Positions 26,776 through 37,328 of a stretch of DNA of 64,000 bases are shown one piece after another. Position 1 is the first letter of the stretch, and each line of letters begins with the position of its first letter. The DNA is taken from IMG/VR virus record IMGVR_UViG_3300034683_000192, positions 96,001-160,000 of that record; one strand, given 5' to 3'. Made by a program: the position numbers and the translations under genes. Under the pieces are notes generated by a model. It had not been told where the DNA came from, ran no database searches, and saw only the letters and a program-made list of their open reading frames with translations. Origin of the DNA: a virus.

Positions 26776-27888
26776 CTATATTTGTACTATATTGACAGAT
26801 CCATTCCCACCTTTACCTCCAATCGAAGGGGCAGATGGCGATGTTCCACCATTTCCACCAATTGCTTTAATCTTTGTCGGATCATTGATTGTACCTTTAT
26901 GGAAGATGTGAATTGATCCACCTCCGGAGCCTCCTCCACCAGGACCATTATGACTGGTTCCAGTAGGACGACCAGCTCCACCAGCAGATCCATTGGAGTT
27001 GATTTCTCCTGAAGCTCCAAAAATAATCTTTCCACCAACAATAAGGACAATCAGCCCACCTGTACCAGTCTCACCGGGAGCACACAATCCAGGTCTAGCG
27101 GTAGCTCCACCGGGATTCCCTGCACCACCAGGAGCAGATGTCAGTGTTATTCCGAGTGATGTTGCAGGGTTGTATACAAATTTACCATCTCCACCCTTAC
27201 CAGCATTTTCTCCAGCATTTTCACAGATGGCCGATGCTTCATAACCAGTCGCACCACCACTCCCAGATCCACCAGAGAAAGAGGTACCTGCACCGCCATT
27301 ACCAGATTTTGCATATGCTGCAGTATATCCGGTACGGTTGGGAACACTTGCCATCGCACCACCCGATCCACCACCACCAGAACATCTGGATTTGATTCCG
27401 CCAGCAATACCCAATGCATATGCATTTCCTGCGGTAGGACGTGATGCAGCAACTCCTACCGCACCTACTCCACCTACGGCAGGAATGACATATACTTCGG
27501 GAACTGCGCTATATTTGTCTTGATCAGTGAATGCAAAAAATTTGTTAGCAGGATCAATATTCACGAACTTACCCGGAGCATTCGCTCCTCTGGAGGTCAT
27601 AGTCAATAGACCATTGATGGTAAGATCACCTTCGATGTAAATAAACATTCCTTTGCATCGATTTTTGGGTCGAACAATATGACCAGCATTGATGGTCATA
27701 TTTTTGAAAGAAAGAACAACTGGATCTCCATCTACAGTAGATTCAAATTCATCTGTGGTAGTAACTCCGGATGAAATAAAATCTTCAGTAGGAATGGAAA
27801 ATTTGAATCCAGGATCTGCGATCAATTCGCCAGCATATCTTGCCTGTAATGCACTACCAGCATTAGGAAGTTCAATCGCTAAGGGCAT
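26776..27888 (-). CDS. Glycine-rich virion/tail-associated protein, copy 3
   Basis: Same conserved blocks; shares its upstream leader sequence with copy 2. Confidence 0.75.
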   Translation of the reverse strand: MPLAIELPNAGSALQARYAGELIADPGFKFSIPTEDFISSGVTTTDEFESTVDGDPVVLSFKNMTINAGHIVRPKNRCKGMFIYIEGDLTINGLLTMTSRGANAPGKFVNIDPANKFFAFTDQDKYSAVPEVYVIPAVGGVGAVGVAASRPTAGNAYALGIAGGIKSRCSGGGGSGGAMASVPNRTGYTAAYAKSGNGGAGTSFSGGSGSGGATGYEASAICENAGENAGKGGDGKFVYNPATSLGITLTSAPGGAGNPGGATARPGLCAPGETGTGGLIVLIVGGKIIFGASGEINSNGSAGGAGRPTGTSHNGPGGGGSGGGSIHIFHKGTINDPTKIKAIGGNGGTSPSAPSIGGKGGNGSVNIVQI

Positions 27889-27944
27889 GAGAATTCTCCA
27901 GTGGATTTTGATTTAAGAACATAGTATTTTGAACAAAAAATAAA

Positions 27945-27974
27945 CAGATGGAGGGCGTTTCCGCCCTCCATCTG
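27945..27974. terminator. Hairpin after helicase
   Basis: CAGATGGAGGGCG-tttc-CGCCCTCCATCTG. Confidence 0.65.
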
Positions 27975-27976
27975 CA

Positions 27977-29452
27977 CTACGCACGAAGCGTTTCTGCACT
28001 GTACTTCAAGGCTCTGTGTCTATATACGCGAGCTCTCGATTGGTAGTGAGCTATTTGTCTGCTAAGATTTCCATTGTAGATATCTACGAATTCTGGAATG
28101 TTACCACTCTTAAGAACACGTAAACGTCCGAGTCTCTGTTCTGCTCCAGGTTCACTACCATCTGAATCCGTACGAATGACCGTGCGAAGCATGGCAATGT
28201 CAGTCCCTGTACCACATGCTTTAGGATTCCCGATGATGATGTCGGAAATCTCTTTATTCTCTTCGGGATCGTCCCCAAAGAATGTATTCACTTTAAGATC
28301 AGGAAATTCACATTCCAGATATCGCTTGATCATTTCACCGAATGCACGAGTGAACCCAAATATCAGTAACTTTTCTCCAGGTTCTTTAACTCGCATGTAG
28401 TGTATATTGATTATTGGAATAAGTACATTCCGTAAGAATCTTTGTCTTACTTTCGGGTTATTCTGAATATACCCTTCGTATCTCGGATGAGAATAGCCGT
28501 GAAATGTATTGAACATCGATTCTTTTGGAATGTCCAGAAAATATTGATATCCTGTCACATTAACGTATTTGTGGTATTCCCCACCACTCACGAGCATTGA
28601 GTCGGGATAAATCAGATCGAATATTGCTCGTTCACTTCTCTTGCTTCTCTTAGGCGTAGCAGAGAGATATCCATTGTGCTGAATAATAGACAAAAGATCG
28701 ATTGTGACCAGTGTATGAAAACAAAGATGAAATTCATCGAAGAATTTTGCGCCAATCCCATAGTGCTTCTGAAAGTCCTCCCAAGTGGGCATTCCTTCAT
28801 AGCTACCAAGACCCTGGGCAAATGCTTTAAGCGTGTCTAATGACGCTATGAATATCTTTGGCATCAATTCAGATGCCATGAGTCTGATGACCGAGTTTGC
28901 TCCTTTAAGAACATAGACGTCATCTTCTTTGATATCTAATTGCTCAAGAACGGCATTTTTCCACTGATCAAGTAGACCATCCGAGACGATCATAGATGCC
29001 ACACCCATCTTTACGATAGCGGCATTGGCACTGAATGTCTTTCCTTTTCCTGTCTGCAAATCTGACCCACGCATAGGTAGGTTTTCATTTGCCAGATGAT
29101 CCACTACAGGAACTTGATATTCTCGAACTTCCCAGCCTTTGCGTAATTTGATGCATATTTTTCTTGGAGGAGCTACTTCTCCTTCAAACACTTCGTAGGG
29201 TATTTTTTGGAAAGTCAAGGAATCTTCAATAGAAGAAAGAAGCTGTCTAGGAACTCGCATTTCTCCATTTACGCGATCGTAAATGTAATATCTGTTCAGC
29301 AGTACAAACTTTCTGGAATTCTTATCGAATTCCATTTCTCGGCACTTATCAAGTACCCGGCGTATATCCCCTTTTCCATTCGCAACATCTCCGTTTTTTG
29401 AGCAACGGATTGCTACAAATGTGGGGTATACCGTTATGCACACAGGATCCAT
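27977..29452 (-). CDS. SF2 (DExH) helicase, positional counterpart of phiKZ gp75
   Basis: Walker A LQTGKGKT, Walker B FFDEFH, motif III LSATP, motif VI QRLGRLR; follows the beta'-C subunit. Confidence 0.9.
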   Translation of the reverse strand: MDPVCITVYPTFVAIRCSKNGDVANGKGDIRRVLDKCREMEFDKNSRKFVLLNRYYIYDRVNGEMRVPRQLLSSIEDSLTFQKIPYEVFEGEVAPPRKICIKLRKGWEVREYQVPVVDHLANENLPMRGSDLQTGKGKTFSANAAIVKMGVASMIVSDGLLDQWKNAVLEQLDIKEDDVYVLKGANSVIRLMASELMPKIFIASLDTLKAFAQGLGSYEGMPTWEDFQKHYGIGAKFFDEFHLCFHTLVTIDLLSIIQHNGYLSATPKRSKRSERAIFDLIYPDSMLVSGGEYHKYVNVTGYQYFLDIPKESMFNTFHGYSHPRYEGYIQNNPKVRQRFLRNVLIPIINIHYMRVKEPGEKLLIFGFTRAFGEMIKRYLECEFPDLKVNTFFGDDPEENKEISDIIIGNPKACGTGTDIAMLRTVIRTDSDGSEPGAEQRLGRLRVLKSGNIPEFVDIYNGNLSRQIAHYQSRARVYRHRALKYSAETLRA

Positions 29453-29535
29453 TAATAATCCTCGGTTAAAGGTTACATAAAATTTGCATACTGTTTGTAG
29501 AGATACACCGGGAGATTTCTCTCCCGGTGCAAGAA

Positions 29536-30294
29536 TCAGTCGACGATGATCCAGTCGGAATCAGCGGTCTTCTTCCACTTGAGAGGAAGAGAGAACACCT
29601 GACAAAGATAGACCAGAGAGTTGATGATCTGTGCTGCCATCACGTCAGAATTGATGGGACGATTATCCTTCTTGTTGGTGAGGTATTGATGCCACACCGA
29701 AAGATGGATAAACAACGTATTTACGTCGTCATCGTCTTCGTCGAGATCTTCGTGACGTATGTCGTACAGTTCCGCAGGAACGACCGCTGTATAGGTAAAG
29801 ATAGTTTCCTGCATGACAGGATAGACTCCGAGACCCTCAGCGACGAGCTTTGATGCATCTTCGTTGGATACACCTTTAAGTTCTGCGGTAAACAATACGC
29901 GATTCTCGCGATTTCTTTCTTCGATACCTCGGACAATCTCAGCGTATCGTTTTTTGGCAGCTGCTATCTCTTCAGGAGTTGCGCAGATTTCATTTGCCCA
30001 AATCGATACTTCTTTATCGCCGACTTTGACGACGGATGAAGAAGGAATATTGGGGTCAGTGACATTATCACCAGCAAACCCCTCGATTTCATCGGACATG
30101 CGCCCTACTGATTTGGAGAGATCTTCTTTGGCCGCAGGATGCATATCAACGTAGATGACATCCTTGGTAACCTCGTGTGTGACGACAAGTTTACCTTTGG
30201 TGGTATCCACATAGATCGGATCATCCTTACGATCTGTACCTTCCAAGGAAAAATCATCCTCGGAGACAATGTTAAGTTTTGCCATACTGTCCAC
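29536..30294 (-). CDS. Hypothetical acidic protein
   Basis: 252-aa ORF. Confidence 0.7.
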   Translation of the reverse strand: MDSMAKLNIVSEDDFSLEGTDRKDDPIYVDTTKGKLVVTHEVTKDVIYVDMHPAAKEDLSKSVGRMSDEIEGFAGDNVTDPNIPSSSVVKVGDKEVSIWANEICATPEEIAAAKKRYAEIVRGIEERNRENRVLFTAELKGVSNEDASKLVAEGLGVYPVMQETIFTYTAVVPAELYDIRHEDLDEDDDDVNTLFIHLSVWHQYLTNKKDNRPINSDVMAAQIINSLVYLCQVFSLPLKWKKTADSDWIIVD

Positions 30295-30298
30295 TCAC

Positions 30299-30793
30299 TT
30301 ATTCGGGGAGATTATCGACCTTCGGCCGATTCACGCCATTGATCGCCCACTGAAGAACACCACCGAGGAATTCCCAGAGTTTCGGGCGAATTCTTCCTGC
30401 GCAAACCGATTTTCCGATCTCGTGAGAGAAAGTCTTGATATTCACGGAAGAGGATGCTTCAGTATGTACGTAACCATGCCTGGTCATGACTTCGAGAAGA
30501 GAGATCTTCTTCTCGTATCCTTCAGTCGGGTGATACATGTTCGTTTCGGTATCCCTGACCAGACACACGAAATTCTCGACGTCCGTTTCGAGAATTGAGA
30601 GATTTTCTACATCGACTTCATCGGGTCGAGTTTCAAGCTCAAAGTACCGCTGAGCGATCACACTTGCAGGTGCCCAGGATACGTATCCGTCGATGTATGT
30701 AACTTTGTAACCAGGTTCACCAGTCTCGAAGTGTGCCTGAGGTTCAGCAGTGATGAGATTGATACCGATCAGATATTTCTTTTCCGAAGACAT
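30299..30793 (-). CDS. Phage protein with GY.V.Y.DGY.SW domain plus N4 gp49/Sf6 gp66-like domain
   Basis: PGYKVTYIDGYVSWAP and HGYV..EASSSV...F..EIG...A...LWEFLG patterns. Confidence 0.6.
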   Translation of the reverse strand: MSSEKKYLIGINLITAEPQAHFETGEPGYKVTYIDGYVSWAPASVIAQRYFELETRPDEVDVENLSILETDVENFVCLVRDTETNMYHPTEGYEKKISLLEVMTRHGYVHTEASSSVNIKTFSHEIGKSVCAGRIRPKLWEFLGGVLQWAINGVNRPKVDNLPE

Positions 30794-30866
30794 ATATGTT
30801 CCTTTGTTTTGTGGTTACAAAAAGAATAAGGCTCCGTACCCACAAAGGATACGGAGCCCCGATATC

Positions 30867-32867
30867 TTACCGAATCCAATCGTAGGAGAGACCGTAGTTC
30901 CGGTCAAACGCACCCACAACTCTGGAGACGGTATACATCGTCGGATCCGCGAATCTCTTCTTGTGTTCTTCGTACGAGAATTGTCCAGAGTACGTCCTGT
31001 TATGGATGATATCTGGAGTATTCCCGAAAATCACATGATCCAGATCTTCCACTATCGGAATATCCCACCGATCCTTATCGGTGATCATGTGTGCTTTCAA
31101 AATCATCTCGAGATGGAGAATGTTCGTCTTTGGAACTTTCGACCAGACAAGGTCGCAGAAGTGATCGAGCGCTTGTCCGAATGATTTGTATTTCGACAAT
31201 CCATTGCTCTCGAGGAATTTGATAACCGAGAGAACATAGGCATACGTCGAGTCGTTGACGATCGCTGCACGAAAGATCGGTATGGTCGGGATATCCTGCA
31301 TAGGAATCCACAGAACATTTTCATCGACCACGAGATCGATGTACTTTTCCTTCATGTACAGAAGAAACTCCATCGTCAGAAATGGCTTTTGACCATCGAC
31401 AATGAGAGGAAATTCTGACATGATACCAGATGGATCTTTCACCAGAATCGAGGATATGCTACTGAATCGATCTTCTGGAAGTGCAGCATCTTCTGTCAAT
31501 TCCAAAAGGTCGGACTGTGTTCCGTAGAAGTCATCGAAAAGAATCCCTACGGACCACGGCTCTTTGACATTTTTGAATTCAGGAGTCAGATGAATACCAT
31601 CTTCTTTTCGAACCAGAAAGTCTGTCGCTTGTGTCGGAATCACGTACAGTTGTGACAGAGTCTTGATCAGGTGTTTTGTTGAGAGAATCATCTGGGATAC
31701 CTGGGACACCACTTCCGATGCCGAGTTAATCCCGATGTTAATCCCGTTACTGTTCTTGAATTCGAATCCCTGAAGGAACTTGGGATACTCTTCAGAGATC
31801 CCTCGAACCGACAAGTTACGAAGAAGAAGTCCACCGCAGACCATGCATACGCCATCAGTATGACGACAACCACCAGGAGTGATCATGTTTACTTCATGGT
31901 CGATGAAGGACTTGATGTTTCTGCTCGTGAGAGGAATGATGCTACCATCATCCAGAATGATGAATTTTCCGACATAGTTCTTTGCGAAGCTTGCGCGAAT
32001 AGTGCGCCTGATCGTCTTGTGTGCTCCACAATCCGGCATATATGCCCGGAGAAGTTCCGCTGTGATAAGGTGCATCTTTCTGCCCCAATACTGAGACGTC
32101 TGGATGGCCTTATGGTTCATGATGGCAGCTTTTCTACCTGCCTGAGATTCGATAGCGAGATCGACTATGTTCTGCATCCCGGAAACGACAGAACCTTTCA
32201 CGGGACGAGGAATGACTTTGTCGTTGACTTCAGTACGAAGCCCAAGAGCAATGAGCACTTGCTGCAATTGGTTAGCATTCAGAATGTCTGCTTGTTGCCA
32301 ATGCAAAAGTGCTTCATTTTTGAGTAGACCTCTTGTACCAAGAGCTTTGCACAACTTTTCTTTGGCATCAGAGATCGTTTGTTCAATGACATTTGTTCCG
32401 TACTTGTTATCCAGATCAACCGAGATGATGGGTTTGATTACTGGATCTTGCACGATCTCAACGAGATCGACGATGGATATCCCGCAGTGATGTTCTGCAA
32501 GTTCCATCGTACCGAAGTCATCAAGATAGTTGATGCAATGCCAGAGTCTCCAAGTAAATTCATCGAGACCTCGTTCGTCGAGATCCAAATATATGTCGCC
32601 GTATACTTCAGACAAGATGGACTGGCAAACGGATTTGCTGAACACCTTGAATTCGTGCATATGCCTTTTCAGTACAGGCATGCCCATGCTGCGGTAGATT
32701 TCCCAAATAGGGAGATTGACGAGTACTTGCTGAATAAGGTGTTCACTTACACCATCGGCAAATTCTACGTCCACCCATCCTTGTGGATGTCGGTGTTTGG
32801 AGATGATTTCCTTTGCAAATGCATACGACATGTCTTCTTGTCTGATTAACATGCGCGTGCCTCCCAA
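30867..32867 (-). CDS. Non-virion RNA polymerase beta'-like subunit, C-terminal part (phiKZ gp74-like)
   Basis: Bridge helix ESQAGRKAAIMNHKAIQTSQYWGRKMHL, Zn cysteines (C...CRHTDGVC..CGG), trigger loop SQMILSTKHL. Confidence 0.88.
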   Translation of the reverse strand: MGGTRMLIRQEDMSYAFAKEIISKHRHPQGWVDVEFADGVSEHLIQQVLVNLPIWEIYRSMGMPVLKRHMHEFKVFSKSVCQSILSEVYGDIYLDLDERGLDEFTWRLWHCINYLDDFGTMELAEHHCGISIVDLVEIVQDPVIKPIISVDLDNKYGTNVIEQTISDAKEKLCKALGTRGLLKNEALLHWQQADILNANQLQQVLIALGLRTEVNDKVIPRPVKGSVVSGMQNIVDLAIESQAGRKAAIMNHKAIQTSQYWGRKMHLITAELLRAYMPDCGAHKTIRRTIRASFAKNYVGKFIILDDGSIIPLTSRNIKSFIDHEVNMITPGGCRHTDGVCMVCGGLLLRNLSVRGISEEYPKFLQGFEFKNSNGINIGINSASEVVSQVSQMILSTKHLIKTLSQLYVIPTQATDFLVRKEDGIHLTPEFKNVKEPWSVGILFDDFYGTQSDLLELTEDAALPEDRFSSISSILVKDPSGIMSEFPLIVDGQKPFLTMEFLLYMKEKYIDLVVDENVLWIPMQDIPTIPIFRAAIVNDSTYAYVLSVIKFLESNGLSKYKSFGQALDHFCDLVWSKVPKTNILHLEMILKAHMITDKDRWDIPIVEDLDHVIFGNTPDIIHNRTYSGQFSYEEHKKRFADPTMYTVSRVVGAFDRNYGLSYDWIR

Positions 32868-34990
32868 GGGTCATCTCTTCGTACCATAGCTTCATCTCCA
32901 CCAATCTCGATACCACAAACCGTGAGAAGTTGATTCGTCACAGCGAGCATCGTATTGCTTTTCGTGAGTTGATCCTCATCAAAGTCGAGCCAATCGAGAC
33001 GAGTAGGTCTATCCATAGTCAACAACTGCTCGTTGAGAGCGTTGGTTGCTTCCGGAGAGTTGGCATACATCGTCAAGATCCGATAAGACAGCTTACCGAT
33101 GGCCATCGTCAGAAGACGATATTCATCTTCACCCAGTCTGATCGGAACCATACCAATCGGAGACTGAGATTTTGCTTTCTTATGCTTTGCTCTTACTGGT
33201 ACTCCGAGCTGGTTGACGTACGTCATACCGCACGATCTAGCGTGCGGAATTTTGCAGAGGATGTAGATGTACTTTCGCGCTATCCACATCGGTCTGATCG
33301 TACGAACTCTCCGAATTACGTTACCATCACTGTCAAGCTGATTGAACTCGACAGGTGTAGGCTTCACGTCATACTTCTTAACCATGTACTCCACCCACTC
33401 AGGGGTGATGGTCTCGAGAGTCGGAGGAATGACCAGAATCGGGTATCCCCGTTTACGGATTTCCCGCATGTACTGTTTGATACGCTTTGGCGTATTCACT
33501 GTCCGTGCAACGAGATCTGCGTATACCTCGTTAACATCAGCGAAGAACCCTAAGAGATCCTCAAACTGCTGTTCATCGTCATACTGTCGCTCTTCCCATC
33601 TGCGCATGACACACCCTGCAACGAAATTGATGAACTGCTCATAGAGCTGTCCCAAGTTCATGCGGTTAACCACCGCTTCGGGTGCAATGATGATATCTGC
33701 TACAGTCCCGTAATCATCTACGGGCATGTGCTCTTTCTTTCTGATTTCACTGATAACGCCTTTACCACCTTCACGTCCTGATGACTTGTTCCCAAGTGAT
33801 ACGACGTTGTCGTACTTGTAGGTGATAACGAGACGTGTGAACTGAATTGGTTCTCCCTTGAATGAGAACTTCGGAACAGTGCGAATTTCTTTGACTCGCT
33901 CTCTGTTAGCAGCGAGAATCAGTTTCGCACGTTCGACGAGTGATGAAAATTCAGGAGAAGGGGATCTGCTTTTCTTCTTGCACTCGTTTTCGTATACCTG
34001 AACGACCGTGCGATGAAATGCAAGTCCGTTGTCGATATACTTTTCAAGCTGAGCGAAAATGTTCTGGGGTGTCTTCACCTGACGATTGAAGTTTCGGTAG
34101 ACATCAATGTCGATGACAGTTGCACCCGGTTCTGCAAATCGAATATCGTCATGACTGAACTGCGGTTCGCAGAGCGCCATATCGGTCATGTCGCTGATCA
34201 TTGAAGATTCGTTGACTGTACGGAATCCACAGATGATTCCATCGTCACGAACTCGCTCGTGGATATCCGGCATGAACTTGTAATCATCACCAGTCGAATA
34301 AAGGTTCAGAGGAACCATATTCTTTTCGATGTCGATCACGAGAGTTCTGATCCCAAGAGTCCCCAGTCTCTTTGCAAGTTCATCAGAAATGCAGAATGCA
34401 TCTTCGACTGTTTCTTTTGCCGACATGTAGCACACGTTGGCATTGACGCCGAGACAATACTTGGAGTTTTGAACCGCAGGTGAATTGGTAAGTGTGATTC
34501 CTTTCGGAATACCGACACCAGCTCGTATGAAGTTGTCATTTACCCGATTTGCATAGCCGAAGCCATCCGCGCATTTCGTGTATCTGGAAACTTCTTTGTA
34601 GTGGACTTGTCCATCTTCGTCACCCACATAAACGACGACCATCGATGGATTGAACAGAATCGGATCAGCTCCGATCTGTGTGCGATATTTCGGAATGACT
34701 GCTACTGTGGTAGCTGCCTGTTCCATACGAGTGTCGTTGAATGTGTAATCTGCGAAATGTCTTTCGTATCCAGTACAAATTGCAGGTACCTCTGCACCAG
34801 CAGGAATAGGCGCCTGGACGATGTTACTGGAATACATCCCCATACGCTGAGACGTGATGAATTGTACGAACGGGACCAAGTTCGTTTTGGTCCCGAGTAA
34901 TCGGATGTCAGTCGAGAGATCTCGCATGAGTGGATATCTCTCAACAAATTCATCCCAATACTCTGGGATCGGAAACTCGGAGTTCCGCAT
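32846..34990 (-). CDS. Non-virion RNA polymerase beta-like subunit, C-terminal part (phiKZ gp71-73-like)
   Basis: TSQRMGMYSSNIVQA, GVNANVCYM...EDAFCISDE, GNKSSGREGGKGVIS, DIII.PE.VVNRMNLGQLYEQ, PIRLGEDE. Start at MRNSEF. Confidence 0.92.
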   Translation of the reverse strand: MRNSEFPIPEYWDEFVERYPLMRDLSTDIRLLGTKTNLVPFVQFITSQRMGMYSSNIVQAPIPAGAEVPAICTGYERHFADYTFNDTRMEQAATTVAVIPKYRTQIGADPILFNPSMVVVYVGDEDGQVHYKEVSRYTKCADGFGYANRVNDNFIRAGVGIPKGITLTNSPAVQNSKYCLGVNANVCYMSAKETVEDAFCISDELAKRLGTLGIRTLVIDIEKNMVPLNLYSTGDDYKFMPDIHERVRDDGIICGFRTVNESSMISDMTDMALCEPQFSHDDIRFAEPGATVIDIDVYRNFNRQVKTPQNIFAQLEKYIDNGLAFHRTVVQVYENECKKKSRSPSPEFSSLVERAKLILAANRERVKEIRTVPKFSFKGEPIQFTRLVITYKYDNVVSLGNKSSGREGGKGVISEIRKKEHMPVDDYGTVADIIIAPEAVVNRMNLGQLYEQFINFVAGCVMRRWEERQYDDEQQFEDLLGFFADVNEVYADLVARTVNTPKRIKQYMREIRKRGYPILVIPPTLETITPEWVEYMVKKYDVKPTPVEFNQLDSDGNVIRRVRTIRPMWIARKYIYILCKIPHARSCGMTYVNQLGVPVRAKHKKAKSQSPIGMVPIRLGEDEYRLLTMAIGKLSYRILTMYANSPEATNALNEQLLTMDRPTRLDWLDFDEDQLTKSNTMLAVTNQLLTVCGIEIGGDEAMVRRDDPWEARAC

Positions 34991-35044
34991 TTTTAAACAT
35001 CTCCTGAGTTTGCAGATTATTGAATGAGGCAAGGATGCAAACAA

Positions 35045-35052
35045 GTAATATA
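35045..35052 (-). promoter_or_regulatory. TATATTAC promoter motif upstream of RNAP beta
   Basis: Exact motif. Confidence 0.6.
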
Positions 35053-35087
35053 TACCCACACCTCTTTTGGGAATCTAGGAGTTCGTT

Positions 35088-35441
35088 ATGATCGTTACCG
35101 ACCTTATTCAACGCCCGATGTCCGAACTCGAAGATATTGCTATCGAGTGGAGACTTTTCATAGAAGATCATCGGACCCTCATTATCTCCGAATCGACGCA
35201 AACTGAACTTACAGATGATATCATCGCCATGTACGAAAATAGACCAGAAGATTACATGGACTATTTGAAGCTTCCGCGCAGTATCACATGGATCATGCTC
35301 TGGCTTAATGGTTTTGGCAATGCGAATGATTTTCATCCACAGAAGACATTAATTGTACCGAGTATAAACACAATACGTACACTCCGTGAAGAGTACCGCA
35401 CATTCATTTCAGATCTTCAAAAGGTAGCAGTAACTGGGTAA
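35088..35441 (+). CDS. Putative baseplate wedge-like (T4 gp53/LysM-like) virion protein
   Basis: Y..RPEDY...WIMLWLNG...DF...TL.VP pattern. Confidence 0.5.
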   Translation: MIVTDLIQRPMSELEDIAIEWRLFIEDHRTLIISESTQTELTDDIIAMYENRPEDYMDYLKLPRSITWIMLWLNGFGNANDFHPQKTLIVPSINTIRTLREEYRTFISDLQKVAVTG

Positions 35442-35445
35442 CGAA

Positions 35446-35475
35446 TCTCTAGGGACGCATGAGCGTCCCTAGAGA
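35446..35475. terminator. Bidirectional hairpin between convergent genes
   Basis: TCTCTAGGGACGC-atga-GCGTCCCTAGAGA. Confidence 0.7.
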
Positions 35476-35485
35476 AATGTGGGCG

Positions 35486-36094
35486 TTATGCCCAAACATC
35501 GACGATGATCGGATATCCAAGAAGAAGCCAGCTGGCTGGCACATTCGTCAGTGTATCGAAAAGCATCGGATGAAACACTTCAGTAAACAGTGCGCCACCC
35601 TTACTGAATGTATGTGTGGACTCTGTAAGGTCTTCACACCGAATCACCATGGCATTAAGAATTCTGCCACGGATAGTAGGAAGAACCATCGGGTCGATCA
35701 CTGCATGCAATCGACATTCCATTCCGATAAATCGATCCGCTATTCCTGTAGCACTGTCACGAGAAAGAGTTTTCTGAACAGTTCCCAGACTCTCGATCTT
35801 GAGCATCTGATCTGGTACAAGTTCTTTGAGATACTTGTCATGAATCTCGAACCCACCAGTTAATTTGAGCTGTTCAAGTTCTTTTTTGGTATGCTCAGTA
35901 AGAATGAACTTGATCTTTGTCAGCTCTTCGAGGTATTTTTCCTGAGTGATCTTACCAGTATTTATCGGAAGGATGAGACTGAGTTCTTTCCGACTCTCCC
36001 ACCAGTGGTCGGGTTCTTTGATTACTTTGGTAATCTTGAGAAAATGTGGTTGACGTACAATAATGTCTCGTGATTTGTCGGATGAGTGCCACAT
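35486..36094 (-). CDS. Hypothetical protein
   Basis: 202-aa ORF. Confidence 0.7.
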   Translation of the reverse strand: MWHSSDKSRDIIVRQPHFLKITKVIKEPDHWWESRKELSLILPINTGKITQEKYLEELTKIKFILTEHTKKELEQLKLTGGFEIHDKYLKELVPDQMLKIESLGTVQKTLSRDSATGIADRFIGMECRLHAVIDPMVLPTIRGRILNAMVIRCEDLTESTHTFSKGGALFTEVFHPMLFDTLTNVPASWLLLGYPIIVDVWA

Positions 36095-36099
36095 TTACT

Positions 36100-37224
36100 T
36101 TACTCTCCACGATTCTTATTCATGATTGATTCTTGCGCCAAAGCTCTGACTGCATCAGCCTGAGGACATCCAAGCTGATCCATACACGACGCAATGATCG
36201 TTAGAGCTTGACTTACCTGCTCCCATGCAGAGCAATGTCTGTTGGCTGCTCCGCCTCCTCCAGTATTTGGGGAGTTATTAGGAGTAGATCCTCGACCATT
36301 TTCTACATCTGTAGAAGGAGATCCGTATGTGCTATCTCCTGCTCCTGTAGAATAAGACTCCGCTTGTACATTTTTAGCGACGATGGTATCTGCTTCCATG
36401 GCACCCTTAATGCCTACACATTGTGCCTCGATGATCGCAGTACCATCAGCCTTCAAGAGAAGATTGTTTGCTTTCCAGACAGTAGTACCATCACCAGTTG
36501 TATTACTGGTAGTGATCACTGGAATATCCAGCACTAGCTGTCTGCCAGCTTTCATCAAGATATCTTCAGGTGCGATCTGTATGATACTTTTCTGTGCTAG
36601 ATCTATTATCGATCCATCTCGGTTTCTCATCCGTACTCGAGGAAGTTCCGAGTCTATGAGTATTTCATTGTTAGAGTCGTCACATACGACGAATCTATTA
36701 TTCTCCGGATCAAGTGCCAGGAAGTACGCATATTCTTCTCCATTAGCCTTGCTTGTACGAAGAAGAACACGTTTATGATGTTTTGTATCCAATTCAATGC
36801 AATATGTATTTTCGTCAGTCAGTGCAGCAATTGGTCCTGGGGCTCCACTGATACGGAAATTGAGTCGTTCAGGTCCACGAAGATTATCATCGCGACCTAT
36901 CGCGTCCCAGTAGTAATCATCCGCATCGGCATACTTCCATACCCAGACTTGTTCGTTCTTCCTGATATCTGGAGGATACGCTCTATTGGGATTCCCGATA
37001 TAGGTAGCCTCTACTGTATTGGTAGTAGTGGCACTTCCCTTATATCCCGTGAGTTCGTTCCCTATTTCTCGTGGATCGTCTACCGACCGGACATCTCCAG
37101 TGACAAAAGGAAGCATTTCCTTAAGATACACTTTGATGACACGAGAATCGGATTCTTTATCTTCTAACACAATACCCACAAATTGCGAGAATTGATTTCC
37201 ATTCGTTGAAGAATAATCAGGCAT
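36100..37224 (-). CDS. Putative baseplate central spike (gp5/gpV-like OB fold plus beta-helix)
   Basis: GIVLEDK..DSRVIKVY...PPDIRKNEQVWVW...YYW OB-like N-terminus and repeating beta-strand middle; start at MPDYSS. Confidence 0.55.
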   Translation of the reverse strand: MPDYSSTNGNQFSQFVGIVLEDKESDSRVIKVYLKEMLPFVTGDVRSVDDPREIGNELTGYKGSATTTNTVEATYIGNPNRAYPPDIRKNEQVWVWKYADADDYYWDAIGRDDNLRGPERLNFRISGAPGPIAALTDENTYCIELDTKHHKRVLLRTSKANGEEYAYFLALDPENNRFVVCDDSNNEILIDSELPRVRMRNRDGSIIDLAQKSIIQIAPEDILMKAGRQLVLDIPVITTSNTTGDGTTVWKANNLLLKADGTAIIEAQCVGIKGAMEADTIVAKNVQAESYSTGAGDSTYGSPSTDVENGRGSTPNNSPNTGGGGAANRHCSAWEQVSQALTIIASCMDQLGCPQADAVRALAQESIMNKNRGE

Positions 37225-37284
37225 GATGGTATCTCCTTCAAAGAATGATCGAACACTGAAAAATAAATACACACAATAAAGAAA

Positions 37285-37316
37285 GGAGAGAGATCCCGGT
37301 AAGGGGATCTCTCTCC
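37285..37316. terminator. Hairpin
   Basis: GGAGAGAGATCCC...GGGATCTCTCTCC. Confidence 0.65.
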
Positions 37317-37328
37317 ATTGTGGTCAGA

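Noticed and set aside
25647-27888. Diversity-generating retroelement acting on the Gly-rich paralogs
   Set aside because: There is no reverse transcriptase and no template/variable repeat pair differing only at adenines; divergence is spread over all bases.
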